Source of the DNA: a virus
Lineage: Duplodnaviria > Heunggongvirae > Uroviricota > Caudoviricetes
Length of the DNA stretch: 27,747 nucleotides
IMG/VR virus record: IMGVR_UViG_2675903278_000003
Direction: 5' to 3' (one strand)
The position numbers were made by a program, and so were the translations under genes. This document shows positions 1 to 8,737 of the stretch, piece by piece (position 1 is the first letter of the stretch; every line of letters starts with the position of its first letter). The notes below the pieces were generated by a model. It was not told the origin of the DNA, made no database searches, and saw only the letters and a list, made by a program, of their open reading frames with translations.

Positions 1-298
1 ATTCGGTGAACGCACTATGGCGACGCTGGGGCGTCTTATGAGCCTGCTGTCACCCTTTGACGTGGTGATATGGATGACGGATGGCTGGCCGCTGTATGAA
101 TCCCGCCTGAAGGGAAAGCTGCACGTAATCAGCAAGCGATATACGCAGCGAATTGAGCGGCATAACCTGAATCTGAGGCAGCACCTGGCACGGCTGGGAC
201 GGAAGTCGCTGTCGTTCTCAAAATCGGTGGAGCTGCATGACAAAGTCATCGGGCATTATCTGAACATAAAACACTATCAATAAGTTGGAGTCATTACC
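1..298 (+). mobile_element. IS1 insertion sequence, partial (3' part; window starts inside the element); insB-proximal terminal inverted repeat ends at 298
   Basis: Sequence ends with the IS1 terminal repeat '...aacactatcaataagttggagtcattacc' at 271-298; encodes the InsB C-terminus; a near-identical copy in opposite orientation lies at 27073-27747. Confidence 0.9.
2..283 (+). CDS. insB: IS1 transposase InsB reading frame, C-terminal portion (5' end outside window)
   Basis: Translation '...[93 protein letters not shown]' matches the full-length copy at 27088-27591 except one residue (R here, Q there); stop TAA at 281-283. Confidence 0.85.
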   Translation, partial: FGERTMATLGRLMSLLSPFDVVIWMTDGWPLYESRLKGKLHVISKRYTQRIERHNLNLRQHLARLGRKSLSFSKSVELHDKVIGHYLNIKHYQ

Positions 299-403
299 AA
301 GCCAGGCATTAGCCATTAAAACAGCTTTATTTTTAGCGTTCTCACTCGTCCAGGCGTTCCCAAACGCATTATCAACGTCATCACAGGTCACGTAAGTGAT
401 CAT
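299..403 (-). pseudogene. 5' fragment (about 35 codons) of a phage structural gene downstream of the capsid gene, truncated by the IS1 insertion
   Basis: ATG at 401-403 (minus) preceded by SD 'AGGAG' and overlapping the stop of the upstream ORF; frame reads MITYVTCDDVDNAFGNAWTSENAKNKAVLMANAWLG and then runs directly into the IS1 end at 298. Confidence 0.4.
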
Positions 404-406
404 GTG

Positions 407-583
407 TTACTCCTGAGTTTTCCAGCCCATAGCCTTCCAGTTGTCAACTTCATCAGGATGAACATTAGCGATAGTTGGTGCGCCGGGAAACATCTGATAA
501 TCGGTCACCATAACCACTAACTCAATTTGCGTTTTTTGTGCGGCTTCACGCTGTGCTCTTTGCTCTTTAGTTAATCCGGCCAT
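407..583 (-). CDS. Small hypothetical phage head-module protein (58 aa)
   Basis: ATG at 581-583 (minus) preceded by 'GGAGGG'; translation MAGLTKEQRAQREAAQKTQIELVVMVTDYQMFPGAPTIANVHPDEVDNWKAMGWKTQE; lies directly after the capsid-gene terminator; below the 60-aa cut-off of the ORF track. Confidence 0.45.
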   Translation of the reverse strand: MAGLTKEQRAQREAAQKTQIELVVMVTDYQMFPGAPTIANVHPDEVDNWKAMGWKTQE

Positions 584-590
584 ATGCCCT

Positions 591-615
591 CCATTAAAAA
601 TGGGGCCGAAGCCCC
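591..615 (-). terminator. Putative intrinsic terminator downstream of the major capsid gene
   Basis: GC hairpin 'ggggccgaagcccc' (602-615) followed on the minus strand by 'TTTTTAATGG'; directly after the capsid stop codon at 626-628. Confidence 0.5.
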
Positions 616-625
616 GTTTGAATGT

Positions 626-1765
626 TTAACCAAGAATCAGACAACCATGTGCCGGCTTCACTGATGAAACACCCCATGCCAGTCCAACTTCATAGCGCAC
701 CTGGCGATACTGACGATACAGTGCAATCTGGAACGTAATCCCTGAAATCGGGTCCGTAACATTCATTACATCATCAGCATTATCGCCACCTTCCGGCATT
801 GCCGGAGTACGGGATGCCAGCAGAAACGCGTTGCGATCAAACGCCATATTTGCCGTAAAGGCCCCAACAACTGTGATGGCAGTATCATCGGCCAGATCCT
901 GACGCAGTCCGGGCGCTGCAAGAGTAATCAGATTGCTGGTCGCTGCTGCCACAACATACTGATTCGGATCACCAGCGAACGTAACAATCTGACCTGCAGA
1001 AATACTCCCCGAACCAGTATCAATGGAAATAAGAACATCGCCTTCTTTTTTCTCTCCATTCACGAGATAACCAGTTGCAGCAACCTTTGGCGCTCGTTTC
1101 ACACCTGCCGAACTGTGAATATTGAATCCCTCCAGACGCCCCAACACGCCCTCACGCAGTAGCTGTTCAGTGCCGGATTCATTCACTTTAAACAATACAG
1201 ACTGTTTTCCGCGCAAATTAGCAATGGCAGTGGAGCCAAGCACCATCTGCAGATCGGTTGTCGGTGCGCCGTTATCCTCCAGAACCTGACGAGCCAGAGC
1301 AGCATCAGAAAGATCATCTTTAACACCAAACGGCGTTGTCCCTGCGGTTCCCACGGCGCGGGAAGCACCGAAATACAACGCACCAAGATCAGCCTCAACC
1401 TCGTTTGCAAGGGCGCGAAAAGCCTGCTTGAACTGATCAGCCAGAATGGTGTTGTAAGTCCCTGAAGGGCCAAGAGCCAGTTGTTCTTCACCATTCCATT
1501 TAACCGGTGCCATTTTGGATTTAGTAATTTTTACATCAACAGTGCCAATATTTTGATCACCGGTATTCGGAGCTGACGGCCCCGGTACGATATCTTCGGT
1601 TTTCGCCTCAGGCGCAACTGGCGCGGTTACCGTCTGATCTTTTGCTGCGGCGTCAGCTTTTGCGTTTTTTGCTACCGCAGGGATAAAACCTACCTGCTCA
1701 CGGGATACAACATCCAGGGCGGTATAAATAGTCGGGATCAACCCGGTCAGGGTATTTCCAGCCAT
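626..1765 (-). CDS. Major capsid protein (379 aa from ATG at 1765, MAGNTLTG...)
   Basis: Long ORF at the end of the head module after portal, MuF-like and scaffold genes, followed by a terminator; the ORF-track start at 1858 would overlap the scaffold gene, so the internal ATG at 1763-1765 preceded by 'AAGGAA' is preferred. Call is from gene order and size, not a recognised motif. Confidence 0.65.
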   Translation of the reverse strand: MAGNTLTGLIPTIYTALDVVSREQVGFIPAVAKNAKADAAAKDQTVTAPVAPEAKTEDIVPGPSAPNTGDQNIGTVDVKITKSKMAPVKWNGEEQLALGPSGTYNTILADQFKQAFRALANEVEADLGALYFGASRAVGTAGTTPFGVKDDLSDAALARQVLEDNGAPTTDLQMVLGSTAIANLRGKQSVLFKVNESGTEQLLREGVLGRLEGFNIHSSAGVKRAPKVAATGYLVNGEKKEGDVLISIDTGSGSISAGQIVTFAGDPNQYVVAAATSNLITLAAPGLRQDLADDTAITVVGAFTANMAFDRNAFLLASRTPAMPEGGDNADDVMNVTDPISGITFQIALYRQYRQVRYEVGLAWGVSSVKPAHGCLILG

Positions 1766-1863
1766 AATTAAATATTCCTTAAAAATTTGCGTAATTGTGA
1801 ATAGATGGAGTAATGAGCTATCCAGCCCTGACACCAGCTCCCATCCGGAAGCTGACAAATGTG

Positions 1864-2628
1864 TTAATCAACGATTGTGATACCGTCTTTCAATGCGTTT
1901 TGCTTACCTGCAACATCCAGTGCATCAAAAGCAGAGCGTTTCATCGTTTTCTGACCAATATCATGCTGTGTCGGACGGGAGCCGCCGCCATTGTTGCCAC
2001 TGGCTTTCAGGATGTAGTCTTTCTGAGGGTAATTTTCGACAAGGAACTCCAGCGCCTCATCAAACTGCGCCAGTTCGCCAGGCTTCGCGCGGGAATAAAT
2101 TTTGTTGCCGGAAGCGTCATAAGCAACGATCCTCCCTTCTTCCACTTTGAATGCCTGCCCGAAGCGGGCTTGTAATAAATCTGCCGGGATCGCAATTTTA
2201 TCGGCAATATATTTTGAACCCGCAAAACTACCGCCAATCATAGAATCGTAAAGCTGCTTCTCCAGCATCTGAGAGCGTTGCTTTTCTTCATCTAATTGCT
2301 GCTGAAAATTTTTCGTAATTTCTGCCTTAACCTGGTCAACCTGTCCCGCATCGAGCAGCTTTTTCTGGTCGATTTTTGACAGCATTTCCAGTGCCTCGAT
2401 CGCCTTCTTCGGGTCTTCGATAGCGGCAAACTTAGCCAGTTTTTCCTCTGCAGCTTCTTTAGCCAGGCGATGATTTTTTGCCTCGCCATTAAGCTCTGTA
2501 ATTTTTTTTGTCGCCAGCGGTGCATCGAAGCCAATTTCTTTACCATCGTCGTGCACATAAACTGGCAGGCCAGCAGTATCAATTTCTGCGTATTGTTTTC
2601 CGTTAATCTCGACCGTTTTCAGTTTCAT
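1864..2628 (-). CDS. Head scaffolding-like protein (254 aa from ATG at 2628, MKLKTVEING...)
   Basis: Highly charged, predicted coiled-coil central region (EAKNHRLAKEAAEEKLAKFAAIEDPKKAIEALEMLSKIDQKKLLDAGQVDQVKAEI...) immediately upstream of the capsid gene; position-based call. Confidence 0.5.
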   Translation of the reverse strand: MKLKTVEINGKQYAEIDTAGLPVYVHDDGKEIGFDAPLATKKITELNGEAKNHRLAKEAAEEKLAKFAAIEDPKKAIEALEMLSKIDQKKLLDAGQVDQVKAEITKNFQQQLDEEKQRSQMLEKQLYDSMIGGSFAGSKYIADKIAIPADLLQARFGQAFKVEEGRIVAYDASGNKIYSRAKPGELAQFDEALEFLVENYPQKDYILKASGNNGGGSRPTQHDIGQKTMKRSAFDALDVAGKQNALKDGITIVD

Positions 2629-2732
2629 ATTAGTACCTGGTTTAAGTCTTCCGACAGTTACGCTGCTCACCATCCGGATCGCAGCAATAAAAAAGGCCAC
2701 CCGAAGGTAGCCTGTTGTAATAAATGATTTAT

Positions 2733-3848
2733 TTAAATCCCTGCTTTTCTGAATACCTGTGCATCACGCTCACGGAGCTGCTTCAGCGTCAGCCATTCGC
2801 CTTTATCGGTGTAAAATTCATCTGGCGACATACCACCATCCCGAATCAGCTTTGCTCGGGTTTCCCCCACAATCTGTTTTTGTCTGGTGTAAGGCTGACG
2901 CAAAAACCATTCCCTGTAGGTTGTATCTCCGGCCACCACGCCATCCATGCTGGCCCGCTCAGCCGGGGAAATATCGCGAACATCAATACCCAGTTCCTTC
3001 GCTGATTTCAGAATGAACGTTTCCGTTGAGCGGCAGCAGAAATGAATTTTTCCCGGCCCCTGCAAATAAGGCACGCTGTGACCTACAGGTTTATTATTCA
3101 GCGTATATTTGAGGCGATCCCTGATTCGACATTGTGGCGTAGTACGATTATCAAGCGTTGATAACCATTGCTTACCCTTAATCAAATCATTATTCGCGCT
3201 GGCAAAACTCTCACGGGCAGTAGCAGCAAGATGTCCAACCGCTGTTTTTGCAATGCTGGCCGCATTAGCCCGGCTCATCTGCAATGCACCATCCTGAAAT
3301 CCCTTACTGACATGTCCCCGAATTTTTCTTGCGATCTGCTCATTGGTATCCCCCAGCAAAAAACCCTGACGCACTGTATTTGTTATGCGTCTGAGCCGAT
3401 CCGCCTCAAGATCTGAGGCCCACTCACTGAGCAGTCGTCCCTGGAATGGTCGCGCCATTGCAGCGGCATAAAGTGCATCAGGAGAGATACCAACCAGAGG
3501 GTGAACATCAGCAACAAAATCAGGTAGCATAGAATCAAACAGACTTAACTGATAACCAGCCTCATAAATTGCCAGCTCGTTCAGCTCTCCGGAGAGACTG
3601 GTAAACATGCTGTTAATAGCAGTGCGGTTAACCTTTCTGACGCTCGCCAGAAGTGACTCCAGGCGCTTAACGGTAAAATTACCTGGATCGAGGCTGTCCA
3701 GTGCTATCAGCAGGCGAGCAGTAAGTTCCGCATCGCTGTCATTCAGTATTTTCACCATTCTGGCAGCCACGCCAGTGCTATAGCGGGATATCCAGACTGC
3801 ATGAGCAATTGATTCATCACGCAGCCGTTCATTCACGGTTTGCATCAT
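2733..3848 (-). CDS. Phage head morphogenesis protein, Mu gpF / SPP1 gp7-like minor head protein
   Basis: 371-aa ORF containing '...LSTLDNRTTPQCRIRD...', the hallmark motif I recall for the Mu F-like head morphogenesis family; located directly after the portal gene and overlapping its stop by 20 nt. Confidence 0.75.
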   Translation of the reverse strand: MMQTVNERLRDESIAHAVWISRYSTGVAARMVKILNDSDAELTARLLIALDSLDPGNFTVKRLESLLASVRKVNRTAINSMFTSLSGELNELAIYEAGYQLSLFDSMLPDFVADVHPLVGISPDALYAAAMARPFQGRLLSEWASDLEADRLRRITNTVRQGFLLGDTNEQIARKIRGHVSKGFQDGALQMSRANAASIAKTAVGHLAATARESFASANNDLIKGKQWLSTLDNRTTPQCRIRDRLKYTLNNKPVGHSVPYLQGPGKIHFCCRSTETFILKSAKELGIDVRDISPAERASMDGVVAGDTTYREWFLRQPYTRQKQIVGETRAKLIRDGGMSPDEFYTDKGEWLTLKQLRERDAQVFRKAGI

Positions 3849-5235
3849 TGATTTCCATCAGCATTACACTCTGATTTTTTAATTCATCGATCACTTCCTC
3901 TGGACGGGAATCCTGATCGATAAATTTCAACGCCTGCAACACCCGAACCGCATCAATCTGACGTATATCACCGCCCTGACGCAATGACTGAACAGCCAGC
4001 GCGGAGGATGAGTCAAACACCTGGGCAGATACATCCAGTTCAGTGCGCACATCCACATTGCCACCGCAACTCTCTCCGATCCATTCCGCCATTATCTGGA
4101 GAATATTATCGAGGGCATCTTCGAGGGAGTTCGCCATTGTATAAAGCGGCGAGTTTTCCTGCATTCGCTCTTCATTAGTCTGATCAACAGATTTGGTGGA
4201 TGTATTTTCAGCACGCAGAAGTTTAGCGCCGGCATGACGCATCTGATTTTCCAGCTTCTCAAGTGATGTTTCGCCAGATTCAATCGCTGCGCCACTATGT
4301 TCAACATATTCGAGGCCATTTTTTGTTCTGTCCTCAAAAATCGTAGCGGTGGATGCACCAACCGTCAGTTCTTCATTCCTGTCCAGCCCGTAGGCCACCA
4401 GCAATGGAACGCGGGCAACATGAAGAATATTGTCCTGCTCGCTCTGGCTTTGCCAGTGCTTGATATTCAGCAAGCCAAGATTAAGCAATGGCGGTGTACC
4501 ACGCATAAATCCTGTTTTCTTCGTGTACAGTGTTACCAGAGGAATATCATCACGGCTGGTATTCCATGACTCATGAAGCGTCCAGACAGATTCGCCATTA
4601 GTGCCTTCGCTACGTCGATAAATTTCAACTCGACGGGGCATAATATGGCGGATCTGCTCCACCTTCTTCTGCCCGAAATCATCACCATCAATAATGATGA
4701 CCTCTTTTATACGCAAATCAGTGAGAACAACTTTCCCTTTTTCAACTTTCGATTTCCATCCAATAACCTGGCGTGGATTCAGCATCGTAACGTACGGACG
4801 ACCACCGGTCGCGTTTTCATCGGCTTTTGTACGAATCTCTTTCATATCCGTTCGTGGGTAGTCCACCAGCGCATGTGCCACACCATACTGAAATGCGAGG
4901 CTGAAAAATTGCTGCGCCCACACATCCAGTCGGCTCCCCTCCATGTCGATATTTTCTGCATATTCCCTGATTTTTGCCGGCGTTTCCTCACTCAATACTG
5001 TCGGCTCTGCAAATATGCGCCCAATATTTTGCTTGATGCTTTCTTCATACACAGGAAGTAGCGTAGCCACAGACAGGCGTTTTTTATAAGCGTCTTCATC
5101 TTCGTTAGGCCATTTTGGGAGATAATTTTCCCCCTGCCTGCGCATTTCAAGCGTACCGCCCATCAGTGCGTCGTTAATATCCCACGCCTCCAGCATATCG
5201 TTATAGTCGAGGTTGGGTGTTGATATATCAGCCAT
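3829..5235 (-). CDS. Portal protein
   Basis: 468-aa ORF starting 3 nt after the TerL stop, acidic C-terminal region; position between large terminase and MuF-like gene. Confidence 0.7.
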   Translation of the reverse strand: MADISTPNLDYNDMLEAWDINDALMGGTLEMRRQGENYLPKWPNEDEDAYKKRLSVATLLPVYEESIKQNIGRIFAEPTVLSEETPAKIREYAENIDMEGSRLDVWAQQFFSLAFQYGVAHALVDYPRTDMKEIRTKADENATGGRPYVTMLNPRQVIGWKSKVEKGKVVLTDLRIKEVIIIDGDDFGQKKVEQIRHIMPRRVEIYRRSEGTNGESVWTLHESWNTSRDDIPLVTLYTKKTGFMRGTPPLLNLGLLNIKHWQSQSEQDNILHVARVPLLVAYGLDRNEELTVGASTATIFEDRTKNGLEYVEHSGAAIESGETSLEKLENQMRHAGAKLLRAENTSTKSVDQTNEERMQENSPLYTMANSLEDALDNILQIMAEWIGESCGGNVDVRTELDVSAQVFDSSSALAVQSLRQGGDIRQIDAVRVLQALKFIDQDSRPEEVIDELKNQSVMLMEINDANRE

Positions 5236-5237
5236 AA

Positions 5238-6548
5238 TTAAATCCGAAGTGATGTGACTCTTCCGGTCGGTTTGACAATAGGGAATTGCTTAACGATGAA
5301 ATAACCTCCGGCATCATTCGGGTGATCATTGCCAGATTTTTTATCAGGCTCCCCCTTCTCATCCCAGACCTGTTGCTCCAGAGATTCGGCATATAACGGG
5401 CAACGCTTCACATTAACTTTATAGCGACGCTCACCATTGGCATTGCAGAACATTGCATTCATTGAGTTAACGCGATCTTTTACTGGCGGGTTCGAGCTGT
5501 TCACCACAACGTTAAAACCAGCCTGCTTAAGCTGGGCTATATCCGTCGTACTTGCGTTACTTGATTTTCTGGAATCCCCGGAAGCATCTGGATAAATATA
5601 AATTTCCCTCACTTTCCGGTAATCATTCCCATCATACAGCCAGAAGCGTTCTTTAATGATGCGGATCATATCCGGCGTATCGTAGGCATTGATGATTTCA
5701 GTTACCGCACATGGAAGCCCCAAACGCAGCACATGGACGATTCCCGCCATCTTTCCAACGTTAAAATCCATCCCAATATAAATCGGCTCCCCTGGCTGCT
5801 CCACTTCTTCGCAATTATTCAGTTTCCGGTCAAACTGATGGTAAACAGTACCACTTGTCAGGTTAGTAAACTGTCCTCGAAGATAGGCTTTAATCAGCTC
5901 TGGAGGGTATGATTCAAGAAGCGAAGGAATGTAATCTGCTGGCAGGTTCTTTTCATTATCGAAAGTAGATGCCTGCACCAGACCATACAGTGAGGCCAGC
6001 TCTGTTTTTTCACGCACGGCTTTAACAAACTGCTCGTAGACAAATTTGAATCCTTCCGGCGTGGTTGTAACGTCAATACCGTTGCGAAGTCCATCAATCT
6101 TATAACGCATACGTGCAATTATCTTGCGCCACGCCGTTCTGGCTTTTTCCTTCGGCAAAATGTCCAGTTCATCCACCAACGCATTACCAATTTTGAAACC
6201 GACGATCGTTTGTGGCTTCTCCATCGATCTGCAGATAGTGGTTCCCCGATACTGGCGTCCGTAATAAAAGTGAACCTCTTTATTTCCCTCATTAATTTTT
6301 ACGTTCAATCCCCAGTCAGCAGCAACTTCTTCCACTGTAGGGTAAAAAATATCGCGAATTTGGGGATACGTTGGCGCAAAATATCCCTGATTTATACCTG
6401 GATGCTCCCAAATCCCCTTGCATATGCCGCCACACCCAACCCATATTTTGCCCGAGCCAAAACCAGCAATATAGGCTTTAAATTTATGGGGCATTGAAAG
6501 AAATCGCGCCTGAGGCACATTAAGCGTCGGAGAGATCATCTTCATCAC
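5238..6548 (-). CDS. Terminase large subunit (alternative start at about 6539, MISPTL...)
   Basis: 436-aa ORF with N-terminal P-loop-like 'AYIAGFGSGK' and a C-terminal acidic nuclease-like region (IYIGMDFNVG...DASGDS); immediately follows the small-subunit gene. Confidence 0.8.
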   Translation of the reverse strand: MMKMISPTLNVPQARFLSMPHKFKAYIAGFGSGKIWVGCGGICKGIWEHPGINQGYFAPTYPQIRDIFYPTVEEVAADWGLNVKINEGNKEVHFYYGRQYRGTTICRSMEKPQTIVGFKIGNALVDELDILPKEKARTAWRKIIARMRYKIDGLRNGIDVTTTPEGFKFVYEQFVKAVREKTELASLYGLVQASTFDNEKNLPADYIPSLLESYPPELIKAYLRGQFTNLTSGTVYHQFDRKLNNCEEVEQPGEPIYIGMDFNVGKMAGIVHVLRLGLPCAVTEIINAYDTPDMIRIIKERFWLYDGNDYRKVREIYIYPDASGDSRKSSNASTTDIAQLKQAGFNVVVNSSNPPVKDRVNSMNAMFCNANGERRYKVNVKRCPLYAESLEQQVWDEKGEPDKKSGNDHPNDAGGYFIVKQFPIVKPTGRVTSLRI

Positions 6549-7614
6549 TCCTTACTCTGGCATCAACCACATTAATATTGATCGCCACAGGCTGGGGATG
6601 TTCATTATCTTCCACCGTTTCGATCTCTTTGCGCAGCTTCTGGTTTTCCATTCTGCGCCGTTCAATTTCCAGTTCCTGTAGCCGTTTATCTGCACATAAA
6701 GCCCCGCCAGCAGAAAACAAACGCAACAATTCACGCCGGGCGGCAGCCTTATCCTCCAGCAGGATCTCAACGCCGAATTTTCCGAATTTTGCCCCTGCAT
6801 ATAATTGCCGCGCATCCCCATCAAGCAGAGTGGTATCAGCCATATAAAGCTGTCCCGTTCCCTCACCGCAGCACTTCGGGCAGTCCGGATTGGGTATGGC
6901 GTTATCAACAAAGCCGAGGCCTCCATATTCCGGTTCGGGTTTGCCATCTCTGGAAGCCTGCGCCGCTGCCTTGTCGAATTCTGCTATATCGCGCCACTGG
7001 TAGAGATGATTCTCGCCCCAGCAATAACGGCAGTTAACACGGCGAAATTGTGCAAGCTGATTGGGGTCGGCCAGGACAATAGCCATCAACTGACTCACTA
7101 GTAAATCCAGGTCTGCGGTATAGCGTTTCTGGTACTGATTGCGGAAGTAGCTGATAGCGCGAAAAACCCTGGCATTTCTAAGCATACGACTGGCGTTGCT
7201 GTTAGCTGTCGCACCTTGCCCCTCATAACCGGCTAGTCGGTACGCCTCTGTCGGCTTTTTACCCTGAGCAACAAGCATCGCAAACTTAGCCTGCTGGTCA
7301 GAAATGCCGAATTCATCGGGACAGAACGAAAATTCCTCCGCGTCGCCCTCATTCAGGCCCGCATCGAATACTGGCTTTTTTTCCTGAGATTTTTCGTTCC
7401 GCTTTTGTGCAGTCTGCGCAGATTTTTTCTGCGCACTTTTTTGCGCAGTTTTGCACATTTCTGTCTGCGCATTTTTCGGAGTTTTTTTGATGTAACGACG
7501 GGCTGTTGCGTAATTCAGTCCCCTTGCTTCACACCATGCCACCGGAGATATACCGGAGCGGGTGTATTCAGCAATATACTCCTGCTGCAACGCCCCCCAG
7601 TCCGGTCTGCTCAT
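6520..7614 (-). CDS. Terminase small subunit (Terminase_2 / P27-like core with N-terminal HTH and lysine-rich linker)
   Basis: 364 aa; segment 'QQAKFAMLVAQGKKPTEAYRLAGYEGQGATANSNASRMLRNARVFRAI' resembles the small-terminase signature; gene lies directly upstream of TerL with overlap. Confidence 0.65.
   Translation of the reverse strand: MSRPDWGALQQEYIAEYTRSGISPVAWCEARGLNYATARRYIKKTPKNAQTEMCKTAQKSAQKKSAQTAQKRNEKSQEKKPVFDAGLNEGDAEEFSFCPDEFGISDQQAKFAMLVAQGKKPTEAYRLAGYEGQGATANSNASRMLRNARVFRAISYFRNQYQKRYTADLDLLVSQLMAIVLADPNQLAQFRRVNCRYCWGENHLYQWRDIAEFDKAAAQASRDGKPEPEYGGLGFVDNAIPNPDCPKCCGEGTGQLYMADTTLLDGDARQLYAGAKFGKFGVEILLEDKAAARRELLRLFSAGGALCADKRLQELEIERRRMENQKLRKEIETVEDNEHPQPVAININVVDARVRSDEDDLSDA
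7406..7471. repeat. Cluster of palindromic hexamers TGCGCA (4 exact copies plus TGTGCA and TGCACA variants) inside the terminase small subunit gene
   Basis: Exact 'tgcgca' at 7415-7420, 7430-7435, 7442-7447 and 7466-7471, variants at 7406-7411 and 7453-7458; underlies the KTAQKSAQKKSAQTAQK peptide repeat. Confidence 0.6.
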
Positions 7615-7617
7615 CAG

Positions 7618-7869
7618 TTAGTCCTGATTTTTATCCACCCTGAGTAGTTCGCGCAGAGCAAAGGCATCCCCTTTTCTGGCAAGCTTAAACAATGCCGCTC
7701 GTAACTCGGCTTCACCTTTCGCTCTGCCCTTACGGATGGCCGCATAAAAATCTGTCATTGCTTCCCGATTTTCTTTCAGTCGGTTCAGATCAACATCCAG
7801 AACGTCAGCGATTTGTTGTGCAGTCATCCGGCACGCTGCCAGAGACTCGACTTTCGAATACGGAATCAT
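7618..7869 (-). CDS. Small helix-turn-helix protein just upstream of terminase small subunit (83 aa; possible alternative start at 7827, MTAQQIADVL...)
   Basis: ORF MIPYSKVESLAACRMTAQQIADVLDVDLNRLKENREAMTDFYAAIRKGRAKGEAELRAALFKLARKGDAFALRELL...; stop 4 nt before the TerS start; overlaps the 3' end of the upstream GT2-like gene. Confidence 0.5.
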   Translation of the reverse strand: MIPYSKVESLAACRMTAQQIADVLDVDLNRLKENREAMTDFYAAIRKGRAKGEAELRAALFKLARKGDAFALRELLRVDKNQD

Positions 7870-8737
7870 TTGTCACCCCCATTGATATGCAGGGTGTCTT
7901 CTTCCTGTATTTTTCGTGAAGGATTTTTACTGCAGCGTTGTTCCAGGTGACCTGATGGTGAATGCGTTTATGGCTGGCACCCATCAGTGAGATTTTTACG
8001 CACGACGGCGCATACATGACGGAGTAAAAACTTTTAACGTAGGTTCCGGAATCCAGATACAGCTCGGTCATTCCGCCGCTGTTTTTCTGCGTCTGTTTCT
8101 GCCCTAACTGGACAGCACCGATCGTCATAAACAATTCACCACAGCGACCGAGATTCGTGTACGTATTCACATCCTCGTTAATGCGCCCCATGAATGGGAA
8201 CGGTCGATCAACCGAACAGATAAAGCTGTTCATTGCCTTGCGTTTCACCCACGAAGCATGGCCGCCATTGTCACCAAGAAAATCCCCGCCCTGCGACATA
8301 GCGATGGAAAGAGCAGGTATTGATTCGTAGTACGCCAGCATTTCAGAAAGGATCGCATCCAGTTTCCTTATCGGAAAATAGGCCTGGTCATAGTTGCGAT
8401 CCACCCGAAACTGGAACTCGTGATAATCATCATCGAGCTGAATGAAGTATTTACACCCGACCAGTTTTGCCAGGTCGAAACAGGCATTACGGGCGTAAAA
8501 AATTGAGCGGCGGTCACAGAAATTATCGGCTTCGTCAAAACGACTGGCGATATCGGCTTTGGAAAACACCAGCACCTGTTCACCAAATTCAGCCATGTAC
8601 TGATTCCGTGTCTTATCTTCATCATCAACAACGATAAAAATTTTCCCGGTATAGCCAGCACGACGCAACGTCCGGTAAGTCAGAACTTTGTCCGGTCGCC
8701 CGTGAGTCAGAATAAAGGCGCAAAAATCATCACGCAT
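7805..8737 (-). CDS. GT2-family (GT-A fold) glycosyltransferase-like protein, apparently soluble (310 aa from ATG at 8737, MRDDFCAF...)
   Basis: From the ATG at 8735-8737 (SD 'GGAGGAGG' just upstream): 'FILTHGRPDKV' near residue 10, 'FIVVDDED' (DD about residue 38-39), 'FYARNACFDLAKLVGCKYFIQLDDDY' (ARN...DxD about residue 82-104), a spacing typical of GT2 enzymes; no methyltransferase motifs seen. Confidence 0.55.
   Translation of the reverse strand: MRDDFCAFILTHGRPDKVLTYRTLRRAGYTGKIFIVVDDEDKTRNQYMAEFGEQVLVFSKADIASRFDEADNFCDRRSIFYARNACFDLAKLVGCKYFIQLDDDYHEFQFRVDRNYDQAYFPIRKLDAILSEMLAYYESIPALSIAMSQGGDFLGDNGGHASWVKRKAMNSFICSVDRPFPFMGRINEDVNTYTNLGRCGELFMTIGAVQLGQKQTQKNSGGMTELYLDSGTYVKSFYSVMYAPSCVKISLMGASHKRIHHQVTWNNAAVKILHEKYRKKTPCISMGVTNDSVFESRVSGSVPDDCTTNR

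Noticed and set aside
1183-2237. ORF-track entries antisense to or nested in the capsid and scaffold genes (1183-1494, 1813-2175, 1893-2150, 2007-2237)
   Set aside because: They overlap long, well-supported genes on the opposite strand or in alternative frames, lack ribosome-binding sites, and have arbitrary composition; typical shadow ORFs
2292-7101. Other nested or antisense track ORFs within the MuF-like, portal, terminase and TerS genes (for example 2292-2582, 3109-3297, 4092-4361, 4573-5061, 5894-6118, 6552-6947, 6789-7101)
   Set aside because: Embedded in stronger overlapping genes with recognisable motifs and operon context; no independent start signals seen
7805-8737. Possibility that the 310-aa protein next to the ParB-like gene is a phage DNA methyltransferase (a common partner of ParB-like domains)
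   Set aside because: No DPPY/NPPY or FxGxG S-adenosylmethionine-binding motifs found; the motif spacing instead fits a GT2 glycosyltransferase
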